From assembly GCA_002269645.1 (NCBI GenBank), contig NIVC01002959.1:64512-128511 (forward strand): a stretch of 64,000 bases of DNA, written 5' to 3'. Positions 34,656-49,142 of the stretch are shown here, piece by piece; position 1 is the stretch's first letter; each line of letters opens with the position of its first letter. The translations under genes and the position numbers were made by a program. This stretch comes from Macrostomum lignano. Its lineage: Eukaryota. The notes under the pieces were generated by a model. The model had not been told where the DNA came from. It saw only the letters and a program-made list of their open reading frames with translations, and did not search any database.

Positions 34656-35108
34656 AGTGAGTACAGCTATGGAGAATCAGTGTTTGGGCCAGAGCTGGAT
34701 CAAGTCCAGATCCTTATCTAATCGGTCTCCTTGGCTCAGTACGGACGCCTTCATCCGGGTCAGGAAGCGCGGGGCTGTGAGTGGGCGGGAGTGCTTGGGA
34801 TGTAAATACAGACTCACAGGAGGAGGAATAACCCAGCTGCTGAAAGGATGCCAGCAGAGGGAGTTTTTTGCTGCAGATAACAAATGAAGAGTTCCGTTAG
34901 AAACGCGTGGGCTGGAGTACGGGGGCACTTGAGATATTTTTAGCATCAGATGATGCTGAGAAAGTCAAAAAGATGGGAGACTTCCTGGAAATTTGCCAGT
35001 TGGATAGAAGTGCCTGGTTTTTTAGCTCGTAGTTGCTTTGAAGGTCTGAACTCTTAGTAGTTGAGCAGTAATAACTGATAAGGGGCTGCCAGATAGATAG
35101 TCACTTTT

Positions 35109-36150
35109 ATAGTGACTTTCACACTTACAGAGTGGCCTTCACACTATAGACTGACCTTCACACTATAGACTGACCTTCACACTATAGACTGACCTTCACA
35201 CTATAGACTGACTTTCACACTATAGACTGACCTTCACGCTATAGACTGACCTTCACACTATAGACTGACCTTCACACTATAGACTGACCTTCACACTATA
35301 GACTGACCTTCACACTATAGACTGACCTTCACACTATAGACTGACCTTCACACTATAGACTGACCTTCACACTATAGACTGACCTTCACACTATAGACTG
35401 ACCTTCACACTATAGACTGACCTTCACACTATAGACTGACCTTCACACTATAGACTGACCTTCACACTATAGACTGACCTTCACGCTATAGACTGACCTT
35501 CACACTATAGACTGACCTTCACACTATAGACTGACCTTCACACTATAGACTGACCTTCACACTATAGACTGACCTTCACACTATAGACTGACCTTCACAC
35601 TATAGACTGACCTTCACACTATAGACTGACCTTCACACTATAGACTGACCTTCACACTATAGACTGACCTTCACACTATAGACTGACCTTCACACTATAG
35701 ACTGACCTTCACACTATAGACTGACCTTCACACTATAGACTGACCTTCACACTATAGACTGACCTTCACACTATAGACTGACCTTCACACTATAGACTGA
35801 CCTTCACACTATAGACTGACCTTCACACTATAGACTGACCTTCACACTATAGACTGACCTTCACACTATAGACTGACTTTCACATTTCTATAGTGACTTT
35901 CACACTTACAGAGTGGCCTTCACATTTCTATAGTGACTTTCACACTTACAGATTGGCCTTCACATTTCTATAGTGACTTTCACACTTACAGATTGGCCTT
36001 CACATTTCTATAGTGACTTTCACACTTACAGATTGGCCTTCACATTTCTATAGTGACTTTCACACTTACAGATTGGCCTTCACATTTCTATAGTGACTTT
36101 CACACTTACAGATTGGCCTTCACATTTCTATAGTGACCTTCACACTTCGA
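35109..36150. repeat. 19-bp minisatellite CCTTCACACTATAGACTGA embedded in a related 40-bp (2x20) repeat
   Basis: 19-mer at 35136-35880; 40-mer CACATTTCTATAGTGACTTTCACACTTACAGATTGGCCTT at 35881-36125; a partial 40-mer unit also precedes the 19-mer. Confidence 0.95.
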
Positions 36151-37012
36151 TAGTGACCTTCAAACCAAGAAAGTAACGTGAAACAGGGAGTGAGCATTCA
36201 CAAATCTAAAGAGTGACCTGTTTAACAAGATAGTGATCTTCATTTTAACAGGTTCCATTTCACATTAAACAGGGAATTACCCCCAACAAACAGCTTTGCA
36301 CAGTGTGAAGAAATGACCTGCAATATTTAACTAATTACATTCCCTTTGCCTGTGAGCTATTATACCCATTGAATTGGCAATTCTCCAAGCAAAAGCCAGC
36401 CATAAAAGTGTCTCTGCAGCCCTTGTGCTCACTGCAGTGGCCCCACGTACTCGTTTACTGGTAAACCCGCCAACCCGATCTCTCACTCCAGCTGTTCATC
36501 TCAAATTTACAGCTCAAGGTTCGTGACAAAATCTACTCTGAGACTAGAGCAGAGCAGAGTAGCGCAGAGCAGCAACTCGCATGGCCACTTTTTTTGCCCA
36601 GCCGAAAATTCAATTTTCTTTCTTGCTTAATTATGCACACGGCACAGGGGGCGCGAGAGAGATAAAGACAGATAACTAGTCGAGCTTGCAGAGCTGATTG
36701 CAAGGCAAAGGAGCTGCTGCTGCCCCGCTGAGCAGGAAATTTGAGCAGAGAACAAAAAGCAGAAGATAGGAGAAGGGCAATAATACAGGGTTCGGACTGA
36801 GTGCGTTGGCATTGGAGTTTTGAATGTTTGAATTCAAGCAAAACAACATGCTTGCAAAGTGAAAGGCGGGTAAACTCATGATGCAGTGGGTGGGCTAGAG
36901 CGCCCATTAGAGACCAGGGTGATGAAAGTGAGTCTGGGAGAGAAGTGATGGCGAGAGACTGGGCATCTGCACTGCAGTTCTGTCTGCTCAAGTTCTCAAA
37001 ATTAGTAAGACT

Positions 37013-39790
37013 ACACTAGAATGAGTAGAGAATACATCAGACAACTAGAATGAGTAGAGATGAGATCAGTCACTAGAATGAGTAGAGATGAGATCAGACA
37101 GTCACTAGAATGAGTAGAGATGAGATTAGACAGTCACTAGAATGAGTAGAGATGAGATCAGACAGTCACTAGAATGAGTAGAGATGAGATCAGATCAGTC
37201 ACTAGAATGAGTAGAGATGAGATCAGACAGTGACTAGAATGAGTAGAGATGAGATCAGACAGTCACTAGAATGAGTAGAAATGAGATCAGACAGTCACTA
37301 GAATGAGTAGAGATCAGATCAGACAGTCACTAGAATGAGTAGAGATCAGATCAGACAGTCACTAGAATGAGTAGAGATCAGATCAGACAGTCACTAGAAT
37401 GGGTAGAGATGAGATCAGACAGTCACTAGAATGAGTAGAGATGAGATTAGACAGTCACTAGAATGAGTAGAGATCAGATCAGACAGTCACTAGAATGAGT
37501 AGAGATCAGATCAGACAGTCACTAGAATGAGTAGAGATCAGATCAGACAGTCACTAGAATGGGTAGAGATGAGATCAGACAGTCACTAGAATGAGTAGAG
37601 ATGAGATCAGACAGTCACTAGAATGAGTAGAGATGAGATCAGACAGTCACTAGAATGAGTAGAGATGAGATCAGACAGTCACTAGAATGAGTAGAGATCA
37701 GATCAGACACTAGAATGAGTAGAGATGAGATCAGACAGTCACTAGAATGGGTAGAGATGAGATCAGACAGTCACTAGAATGAGTAGAGATGAGATCAGAC
37801 AGTCACTAGAATGAGTAGAGATGAGATCAGACAGTCACTAGAATGAGTAGAGATGAGATCAGACAGTCACTAGAATGAGTAGAGATCAGATCAGACACTA
37901 GAATGAGTAGAGATGAGATCAGACACTAGAATGAGTAGAGATCAGATCAGACACTAGAATGAGTAGAGATCAGACAGTCACTAGAATGAGTAGAGATCAG
38001 ATCAGACACTAGAATGAGTAGAGATCAGATCAGACACTAGAATGAGTAGAGATCAGATCAGACACTAGAATGAGTAGAGATGAGATCAGACACTAGAATG
38101 AGTAGAGATGAGATCAGACAGTCACTAGAATGAGTAGAGATCAGATCAGACAGTCACTAGAATGAGTAGAGATCAGATCAGACAGTCACTAGAATGAGTA
38201 GAGATCAGATCAGACAGTCACTAGAATGGGTAGAGATGAGATCAGACAGTCACTAGAATGAGTAGAGATCAGATCAGACAGTCACTAGAATGAGTAGAGA
38301 TGAGATCAGACAGTCACTAGAATGGGTAGAGATCAGATCAGACAGTCACTAGAATGAGTAGAGATGAGATCAGATCAGACACTAGAATGAGTAGAGATCA
38401 GATCAGACAGTCACTAGAATGAGTAGAGATGAGATCAGACAGTCACTAGAATGGGTAGAGATCAGATCAGACAGTCACTAGAATGAGTAGAGATGAGATC
38501 AGATCAGACACTAGAATGAGTAGAGATCAGATCAGACACTAGAATGAGTAGAGATCAGATCAGACACTAGAATGAGTAGAGATCAGATCAGACACTAGAA
38601 TGAGTAGAGATCAGATCAGACACTAGAATGAGTAGAGATCAGATCAGACACTAGAATGAGTAGAGATGAGATCAGACAGTCACTAGAATGAGTAGAGATC
38701 AGATCAGACAGTCACTAGAATGGGTAGAGATGAGATCAGACAGTCACTAGAATGAGTAGAGATGAGATCAGACAGTCACTAGAATGGGTAGAGATCAGAT
38801 CAGACAGTCACTAGAATGGGTAGAGATCAGATCAGACAGTCACTAGAATGAGTAGAGATGAGATCAGACAGTCACTAGAATGGGTAGAGATGAGATCAGA
38901 CAGTCACTAGAATGAGTAGAGATCAGATCAGACAGTCACTAGAATGAGTAGAGATGAGATCAGACAGTCACTAGAATGAGTAGAGATCAGATCAGACAGT
39001 CACTAGAATGAGTAGAGATGAGATCAGACAGTCACTAGAATGGGTAGAGATGAGATCAGACAGTCACTAGAATGGGTAGAGATGAGATCAGACAGTCACT
39101 AGAATGGGTAGAGATGAGATCAGACAGTCACTAGAATGGGTAGAGATGAGATCAGACAGTCACTAGAATGAGTAGAGATGAGATCAGACAGTCACTAGAA
39201 TGAGTAGAGATGAGATCAGACAGTCACTAGAATGAGTAGAGATGAGATCAGACAGTCACTAGAATGAGTAGAGATGAGATCAGACAGTCACTAGAATGAG
39301 TAGAGATGAGATCAGACAGTCACTAGAATGAGTAGAGATGAGATCAGACAGTCACTAGAATGAGTAGAGATCAGATCAGACAGTCACTAGAATGAGTAGA
39401 GATGAGATCAGACAGTCACTAGAATGGGTAGAGATCAGATCAGACAGTCACTAGAATGAGTAGAGATCAGATCAGACACTAGAATGAGTAGAGATCAGAT
39501 CAGACAGTCACTAGAATGAGTAGAGATGAGATCAGACAGTCACTAGAATGGGTAGAGATCAGATCAGACAGTCACTAGAATGAGTAGAGATGAGATCAGA
39601 CAGTCACTAGAATGAGTAGAGATGAGATCAGTCACTAGAATGAGTAGAGATGAGATCAGACAGTCACTAGAATGAGTAGAGATGAGATCAGACAGTCACT
39701 AGAATGGGTAGAGATCAGATCAGACAGTCACTAGAATGAGTAGAGATCAGATCAGACACTAGAATGAGTAGATATGGGATCAGACAGTTA
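37013..39790. repeat. 32-bp minisatellite ACTAGAATGAGTAGAGAT(G/C)AGATCAGACAGTC (28-bp variants)
   Basis: About 2.8 kb; the largest array in the window. Confidence 0.97.
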
Positions 39791-40379
39791 TTATAATAAG
39801 TAGTGAATGCAATCAAGAGAATGATAATCATGCTCAGCTTCTTACTGAGTTGAGATCACGCGACTTGAGCACTGAACCAGTTCGGTAACAATGGAGTCTC
39901 TTACACCTAGCATAGAAAGAAAGGCTGAATGAGACACACAGGAACAGGAAAGCAATGAAGACGTGGAGAGAAGCAAGAAAATGACAAGAAAAACGCACAC
40001 ACACTCGCCAAGAGTGGAGTCGCGCACAATTGGTCCTTCTACTTGCTGCCTTTGGTAATTCGAATTCAAGCCTTACTGGCAGTCTGTCGTTTATCTTTTG
40101 CGCTCGGCTTGCCCTTCTTTTCGCCCGAACTGGAAGCCCCGAGCCCCGTGAGCAGCAACCAACCCCAAGGTGGAGTAGCGCCCGCATTGGCCCAGACTCT
40201 CTCCTTCTAGCGATATTGTCAAGCCATGCTTTCCACTGCCTCCCATATAAAGCCAATGAATGGCGCATTGGGTGATAGGGCAAGCATAGCAATAGTGCAT
40301 AGGCAGGCCTCACAATAGGTCAATAATAACACTCATTTCGAGCCAGATTCGCCTAGAGAGTAGAAAAACAGTTCTGTTG

Positions 40380-40440
40380 AATAGAACTAGACAGAGCTCA
40401 ACTCAACATTTGCGCCATTTTCTGTGCGTCTTCAAATCCG
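40380..40440 (+). other. Candidate non-coding 5' exon of the ACK-related gene
   Basis: Ends at donor CCG|GTGAGT (40441); no ATG in this segment; CCAAT/TATA-like sequence at about 40244-40260; start position is uncertain. Confidence 0.35.
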
Positions 40441-40865
40441 GTGAGTGCTCGGCCATATTTGACAACAGGCTAATAAAGTTGTTTATTGCCTAATTAGAAT
40501 TTATTTGTCAATAAGGCCGCCCGAATGAAGTGAGCAACTGCTCATGATTGTAAAACTGTAATCTTACTGTAAAACTGACCTCTATGGCCAAAGTGAACTC
40601 ATTGTAAAAAAACAGAACGAAAATCTCCAACTCCAACTCCAACTAGAAACGTGAGCAGTTTTTATTCAAGATTTGGACCAGATTCTCACGTGCAAGCTGA
40701 AGTTCTTAGGTATGAGACCTTCTCACTGCTCAAAGGCGGCCTTATCTTGATTCAGAGACAGTGTTTCCGCAGATAGCAGCTCGTTCTCTCCGATATAGGT
40801 TACACGCACACACAGAGATCTAAGTGCTCAGCAATAACATTTCGACTCAAAATTTCAACTCGCAG

Positions 40866-41777
40866 GACGAAGACTCGGTCATGGGCAACAGAGAGTCTTC
40901 GTCTCAGATGTCCTGCGGCTCGGCCAGTGACGCGGACTTTCTGGACTCTTCAACCGACAGCAGCTACGTGAGCTACGAGGCGCTGCACCGAAAGCAGCAG
41001 CTGCAGAGACACCAGAAGAAGCCGTCGTCAGCATCGACGGCCAGCAACTCGTCCAGGCCGACAACCCCGGTGCCGCTGCCGCCCAGGCTGCCACTGTCGC
41101 TCGTCGGTGGAGGCAGCAGAGCCGGCGGCGGCGACTCAGTCGACCTGACGCCGAGGACGTCTCTGCAGCTGCCCGACTCGCCAGCCAGCAGCGACCTCTG
41201 CTCCATCCTCAACCATCACCACGACGAGTCGAACGATTTTCAGCGAGCGCCGACCTCCGCTATGGCGAGATGCGCCTGCCGGAGGTCGCTGTCCACCGGC
41301 ACCGGAGACCAGCAGCAGCAGCAGCAGCAGTCCTCGCTGATCTCAACGCAGCGCCCTCGAATTCTCCCAATCGTTCGCAACGGGCGCCAGCTGTCAGAGG
41401 ACATCTACTGGGTTCTGCCGCCGCGCCGGAAACATCAGCAGCTGGACGAGCAGCGGCTGTCGTCGTCCAGCGCGTTGGATCATTCCTGCTGCGAGCCGAT
41501 GTCATTCTGCGGTCCGGGGTGCACCCCGCTCGAGCTGGTGCACCGGGTGACCGCCGAGGTGTTCGGCGTCACGGACGAGGAGAGCTACCTGGCGCTCAGC
41601 CTGCACCACTGGGACACGGAGCGCGCGGCCAGGTACCTCAAAGTTGAGCAGCTCTTCAGATGGGGCGTCTGTGACAGGCAGCGATGCAGCCGGCTGCTGG
41701 AGATGCACAACTGGAAGCTGGACTCGGTGGTGCAGCAGCTCAGCAGGCAGCGACTCTGCCGCTCCGAGAGCCACTGA
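40866..41777 (+). CDS. TNK2-like: ACK/TNK2-related C-terminal module (MIG6-homology motif plus UBA region); terminal exon or complete kinase-less gene
   Basis: Acceptor ...CAACTCGCAG| at 40865 in phase with the ORF; ATG at 40881 (MGNRES). RILPIVRNGRQLSEDIYWVLP resembles the ACK1/MIG6 motif ILPI...GKKVSSTHYYLLP. VFGVTDEESYLALSLHHWDTERAARYLKVEQLFRWG...CSRLLEMHNWKL resembles the ACK1 UBA region (VHGVTTEECQAAL...WSVQRAAQYLKVEQLFGLG). Confidence 0.88.
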   Translation, partial: DEDSVMGNRESSSQMSCGSASDADFLDSSTDSSYVSYEALHRKQQLQRHQKKPSSASTASNSSRPTTPVPLPPRLPLSLVGGGSRAGGGDSVDLTPRTSLQLPDSPASSDLCSILNHHHDESNDFQRAPTSAMARCACRRSLSTGTGDQQQQQQQSSLISTQRPRILPIVRNGRQLSEDIYWVLPPRRKHQQLDEQRLSSSSALDHSCCEPMSFCGPGCTPLELVHRVTAEVFGVTDEESYLALSLHHWDTERAARYLKVEQLFRWGVCDRQRCSRLLEMHNWKLDSVVQQLSRQRLCRSESH

Positions 41778-41785
41778 CCGATCAT

Positions 41786-42410
41786 GTCTGACAGATTCAT
41801 CTTCTGACAGAACTGTCTGACAGATTCGTCTCCTGACAGAACTGTCTGACAGATTCATCTCCTGACAGAACTGTCTGACAGATTCATCTTCTGACAGAAC
41901 TGTCTGACAGATTCGTCTCCTGACAGAACTGTCTGACAGATTCGTCTCCTGACAGAACTGTCTGACAGATTCATCTCCTGACAGAACTGTCTGACAGATT
42001 CATCTTCTGACAGAACTGTCTGACAGATTCATCTCCTGACAGAACTGTCTGACAGATTCATCTCCTGACAGAACTGTCTGACAGATTCGTCTCCTGACAG
42101 AACTGTCTGACAGATTCATCTCCTGACAGAACTGTCTGACAGATTCGTCTCCTGACAGAACTGTCTGACAGATTCATCTTCTGACAGAACTGTCTGACAG
42201 ATTCGTCTCCTGACAGAACTGTCTGACAGATTCATCTTCTGACAGAACTGCCTGACAGATTCGTCTCCTGACAGAACTGTCTGACAGATTCATCTTCTGA
42301 CAGAACTGCCTGACAGATTCGTCTCCTGACAGAACTGTCTGACAGATTCATCTTCTGACAGAACTGCCTGACAGATTCGTCTCCTGACAGAACTGCCTGA
42401 CAGATTCATC
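41786..42410. repeat. 29-bp minisatellite TCTGACAGATTC(A/G)TCT(T/C)CTGACAGAACTG
   Basis: About 21 copies, starting about 10 nt after the stop codon. Confidence 0.96.
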
Positions 42411-43434
42411 AGACACTCTGACAGTGGTCTATTAATGCGGATCCTAGAGGTTATAAGAGCATAAAAATATTTTAATTCTTCATCCAAATCATTTAGCACA
42501 TTATTTTTGACCAATTTACTTGATAGAGGCCTGACTAGCGAGTCCACTAACTCAGCTTGATAAGACGAACCGATAACTACTCGCGTATTTATGATTATTC
42601 GGCTATAAATCTCGCGAATGCAAACGCCCACTCGCCACTTTCTGTCAAATCAGCACTTGTCAATCAAACACTATGTAGCTGTCAAACAAAGTCATAACTT
42701 TTTAAAGAGTTCAGCGAGTTTTTTAAGAGTTCTCCACGAGTTTCTGCACTGGTTATCCGACTGTTCCAAACCAACTGGAGCGAAGTTTTCACTCTTGTTT
42801 GGAACTACAATATTGTCTAATTATTTATCGATATATTTATTTTTATGACTCCCGTCTGTTAAAGTCTGTACAAAGTTCCTGCACCTTCTTCTTGTACCTC
42901 AGCGCACTACCCCCCCCCAATGGTGTATGGCATTGCTAAAAATGCTTAAACCACTGATTACCTCGACAAGAATATGCTTAACTTTTTGTGCTTGTCCTCA
43001 ACGTAAAACCAGTGACTTCTAAATGTTCTTTCTGTAAATTTGCGCTATCGCAACAGGTGTGTTGCTTTTCGTTGTTTAACCCTTGGGCTTGTACAGTTGT
43101 GCTCTGACTGACCGCTTTCGCTGAGCAATGCAATCGAGTTCGGAATTGATCTTTATCCTTTTGCAAAGGAGCAATCTTCAAACAAGCAAGAAACATTGGA
43201 ACAATAAACCCATGCTTATAAACAACATATTTTCCAGCCAAGTCTCAATGATACTATTGTTTAAGGAACTACGAGTATGTTCTTTAAAAATAAAAAATCA
43301 TTTACTTTCTGCACTACTTATATGAGTAGGCAAAAAGGAAATTAAAAAAATGCGTTTTTAAAGCTGCATAGATTAATGGATAGAGGATAATGAGGATAGA
43401 TGGATAGAATCAAATGTATATGGATAGAGAAAAT

Positions 43435-44810
43435 AGATAGATAAAGATAAGGATAGACAGAGATACGGATGGATAGAGATAAGGATGGATAGAGATAAGG
43501 ATGGATAGAGATAAGGATGGATAGAGATAAGGATGGATAGAGATAAGGATGGATAGAGATAAGGATGGATAGAGATAAGGATGGATAGAGATAAGGATGG
43601 ATAGAGATAAGGATGGATAGAGATAAGGAAAGACAGAGATAAGGATGGATAGAAATAAGGATGAATAGAGATAAGGATGGATAGAGATAAGGATGGATAG
43701 AGATAAGGATAGACAGAGATACGGATGGATAGAAATAAGGATGAATAGAGATAAGGATGGATAGAGATAAGGATGGATAGAGATAAGAATGGATAGAGAT
43801 AAGGATGAATAGAGATAAGGATGGATAGAGATAAGAATGGATAGAGATAAGAATGGATAGAGATAAGGATGAATAGAGATAAGGATGGATAGAGATAAGG
43901 ATGGATAGAGATAAGGATGGATAGAGATAAGAATGGATAGAGATAAGGATGAATAGAGATAAGGATGGATAGAGATAAGGATGGATAGAGATAAGGATGG
44001 ATAGAGATAAGGATGGATAGAGATAAGGATGGATAGAGATAAGGATGGATAGAGATAAGAATGGATAGAGATAAGGATGGATTAGAGATAAGAATGGATA
44101 GAGATAAGGATGGATAGAGATAAGGATGAATAGAGATAAGGATGGATAGAGATAAGGATGAATAGAGATAAGGATGGATAGAGATAAGGATGAATAGAGA
44201 TAAGGATGGATAGAGATAAGGATGGATTAGAGATAAGAATGGATAGAGATAAGGTTGGATAGAGATAAGGATGAATAGAGATAAGGATGGATAGAGATAA
44301 GGATGAATAGAGATAAGGATGGATAGAGATAAGGATGAATAGAGATAAGGATGGATAGAGATAAGGATGGATTAGAGATAAGAATGGATAGAGATAAGGA
44401 TGGATAGAGATAAGGATGAATAGAGATAAGGATGGATAGAGATAAGGATGAATAGAGATAAGGATGGATAGAGATAAGGATGAATAGAGATAAGGATGGA
44501 TAGAGATAATAATGACTAGAGATAAGGATGGATAGAGATAAGGATGAATAGAGATAAGGATGGATAGAGATAAGGATGGATAGAGATAAGGATGGATAGA
44601 GATAAGGATGAATAGAGATAAGGATGGATAGAGATAAGGATGAATAGAGATAAGGATGGATAGAGATAATAATGACTAGAGATAAGGATGGATAGAGATA
44701 AGGATGAATAGAGATAAGGATGGATAGAGATAAGGATGGATAGAGATAAGGATGGATAGAGATAAGGATGGATAGAGATAATGATGGATTAGAGATAAGA
44801 ATGGATAGGG
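43435..44810. repeat. 16-bp minisatellite GATAGAGATAAGGATG
   Basis: About 85 copies. Confidence 0.97.
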
Positions 44811-45316
44811 GATCTAAGGCCCAGTGAGCGGCAAAGAAGGGACACGAGCTTCACACGGGCGGTTTACAGCACAACCAAGGTCCTGTCGAATGCTATGGGG
44901 AGGAGGCAATTAAGCAATGTTCCTCGCGAAAGATGGAGAGATGGAAGGCAATATTAAATCGAGCCATCGAAAGTGAGCAGGGCGACTTCAGACAGGGGGA
45001 ATGCATCAGAGGGACGAGAATGAAAGGGGCAAAAGACCCTTGCGACTGGCGTGTGTGAGCCAACGTGTTTGCCTTCCCCTCAGACCCGTTTAATCTGGTC
45101 ATTAAATCTCAATAGAGCAGAAGATGAATATTCGATCCCTTTCAATCAACCTGCCTTCTTAGGCCTTCTCGGGTGTGGCCGCCCTTACGGGCCCCCCCCC
45201 CACCAGGCAAATTAATAACCCCAACTCCACTTGAGCCAGGAAAATTCCCAGTTTTGCTTTTGCAGGCTTTTCTTCACTGCTTGCAGCAATTTTTTGCCAA
45301 ACACCCACCCTCACAG

Positions 45317-45916
45317 ACTCACTCTCCTTCTCACTCTCTTTCTCACTCTCCATCTCACTCTCTTTCTCACTCTCTTTCTCACTCTCTTTCTCACTCTCTT
45401 TCTCACTCTCTTTCTCACTCTCTTTCTCACTCTCCTTCTCACTCTCTTTCTCACTCTCCATCTCACTCTCCTTCTCACTCTCCTTCTCACTCTCCTTCTC
45501 ACTCTCTTTCTCACTCTCTTTCTCACCCTCCTTCTCACTCTCCATCTCACTCTCCTTCTCACTCTCCTTCTCACTCTCTTTCTCACTCTCTTTCTCACTC
45601 TCCTTCTCACTCTCCTTCTCACCCTCCTTCTCACTCTCTTTCTCACTCTCCTTTTCACTCTCCTTCTCACTCTCCTTCTCACTCTCCTTCTCACTCTTTT
45701 CTTTTCACACTCTCTTCTCACTCTCCTCACTCTCTCCTTCTCCCTCTCACCTTCTCTGTCCCCTTGTCACTCTGTCCTCTTGTCACTCTGTCCTCTTGTC
45801 ACTCTGTCCTCTTGTCACTCTGTCCTCTTGTCACCCTGTCCTCTTGTCACTCTGTCCTCTTGTCACTCTGTCCTCTTGTCACCCTGTCCTCTTGTCACTC
45901 TGTCCTCTTGTCACTC
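45317..45916. repeat. 12-bp TCTCACTCTC(T/C)T array followed by a 16-bp TTGTCACTCTGTCCTC array
   Basis: Direct reading. Confidence 0.94.
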
Positions 45917-46402
45917 TCCCCTACCTGGGTCCCACCTGAGGCTACCCACTGAGACCCTGTAATTAGAAGAAATTTTTAGCCTTGAATAACTGAGCAAAAA
46001 TTACTTTTAAAAAGCAGAAATAATGACAGCAATATGGCGTTCAAGGGCCTCTCGTCTGCCAGCTTCTCCCCATCATCAATTAGAGCTCGGAGGTCCGGGT
46101 GCCACACATTAAACCAACATTTGCTTGAGCCGCTGAGCCAACAAGCCAAAGCCCTCATTCCCCACCCCTAGAAGCAGTTTCTTCAAATTTGCTTTCAATT
46201 TTAAAGGGGATAAAACACTGCTAATTTCTTACAGCTGGCTTATGTCCCCCAATCCAGGTGTGTCTTCTTGGAATTAAAAAAATAAGACAGGTTTTAATTG
46301 TCGAATGGCTGTTTGCTCGGATGAGTTCAAATAGCGCCTGCAGAGGCTGAGTGAGAAATAAACGATTCTTTAATGCTGAAGACTGCGGAACAGGCATGAG
46401 GT

Positions 46403-47582
<1,180 letters not shown>

Positions 47583-47941
47583 GGCCACGGCAATTTGTGC
47601 TGGGATTTGGCAAAGGCGAGTCGAAAAAGCAAAAATGGCCAACTGCTTCAGCCGAGCCGACGCGACCAGATGGGTGCGCGCAGAGGAAGATCTGAAACGA
47701 ATAGTCAGAAGTAAAAATAGATGAGAAAATTGCAGAAAAATTACGATGAAAATAATTAAGTGAATTTAGAATATTTATACTAAAAAATGGTACTTGTAGT
47801 GCCTCCCTTTTCTGAGCAGATTTATTATCCTATAATTTTAATATTTGCAGTTCGAATTAAAGTATCCACCACCACTTTTTACATTTTTTATTTGAATTCT
47901 TGAGAAGTTTAACAAAGTAAGTAGGTATTAAAATTAGATAT

Positions 47942-48545
47942 TCTGTCAGCCTGTCAGCAAATTTTCAGTGAGTCTGTCAGCGAGTCAGTCAGCGAGTCTG
48001 TCAGTGAGTCTGTCAGCGAGTCTGTCAGCGAGTCTGTCAGTGAGTCTGGTCTGTCAGCGAGTCTGTCAGTGAGTCTGTCAGCGAGTCTGTCAGTGAGTCT
48101 GTCAGTGGTTCTGTCAGGGAGAATGTCAGTGAGTCTGTCAGTGAGTCTGTCAGCGAGTCTGTCAGTGAGTCTGTCAGCGAGTCTGTCAGCGAGTCTGTCA
48201 GTGAGTCTGGTCTGTCAGCGAGTCTGTCAGTGAGTCTGTCAGCGAGTCTGTCAGCGAGTCTGTCAGTGAGTCTGTCAGCGAATCTGTCAGTGAATCTGTC
48301 AGTGAATCTGTCAGTGAGTCTGTCAGTGAGTCTGTCAGTGAGTCTGTCAGCGAGTCTGTCAGTGAGTCTGGTCTGTCAGCGAGTCTGTCAGTGAGTCTGT
48401 CAGCGAGTCTGTCAGCGAGTCTGTCAGTGAGTCTGTCAGCGAATCTGTCAGTGAATCTGTCAGTGAATCTGTCAGTGAGTCTGTCAGTGAGTCTGTCAGT
48501 GAGTCTGTCAGTGAGTCTGTCAGTGAGTCTGTCAGTGAGTCTGTT
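47942..48545. repeat. 12-bp minisatellite CTGTCAG(T/C)GAGT
   Basis: About 45-50 copies. Confidence 0.95.
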
Positions 48546-49142
48546 ATTTAGTGTACTAAAGAATCTGTTATTGATGGACATTGCTTTTCAACTTCAGCAA
48601 ACCTATTAATTTAAAACTTATCTCATTAAATGGCCATCTAGACTGACTAACTCAAATTAGACGTGCACGGTCGAATTTAATTGAGGCGGTTCAAATTGGC
48701 CAACAATGCCGCAGACGGTGTGAAAGCGAGTTGCATCACTGCAATATTCATCTCTCAAACTTGGCGAAATCGGGGGGATGAAGACTCCTGGGACCCCCTA
48801 ATGGAGGCGTTGGAGCGGATGAAACATTGCGCAGCAATTTTATGACACGGAACCAATTTTTAAAAGCAATTGAAGAGATCCGCGCGGCGGCGTCTCGGGA
48901 GGGGAGGCTGGATTGATGATGATGAAGGAAGGATGACGCGAATGTGTGGAGGTTCTCACAGAGCTCCTTAAGCACACACACTCGCCTCCTTGGCTCATTC
49001 ATCTCTGTGACCAAATGGGGTGGAGCTGCAGCTCTGTTTGCTGCTCAGAAATTCCCTGCTCAAGGCCTCAGTTTTCCCGAATTTTTTATTGTCAACCCAC
49101 CCGGGCCCCTCTCCCATTGGCCTGTTTGCCTTCAATTAGGCC

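Noticed and set aside
37013-39790. 32-bp repeats as a CRISPR array
   Set aside because: Head-to-tail tandem units with no unique spacers.
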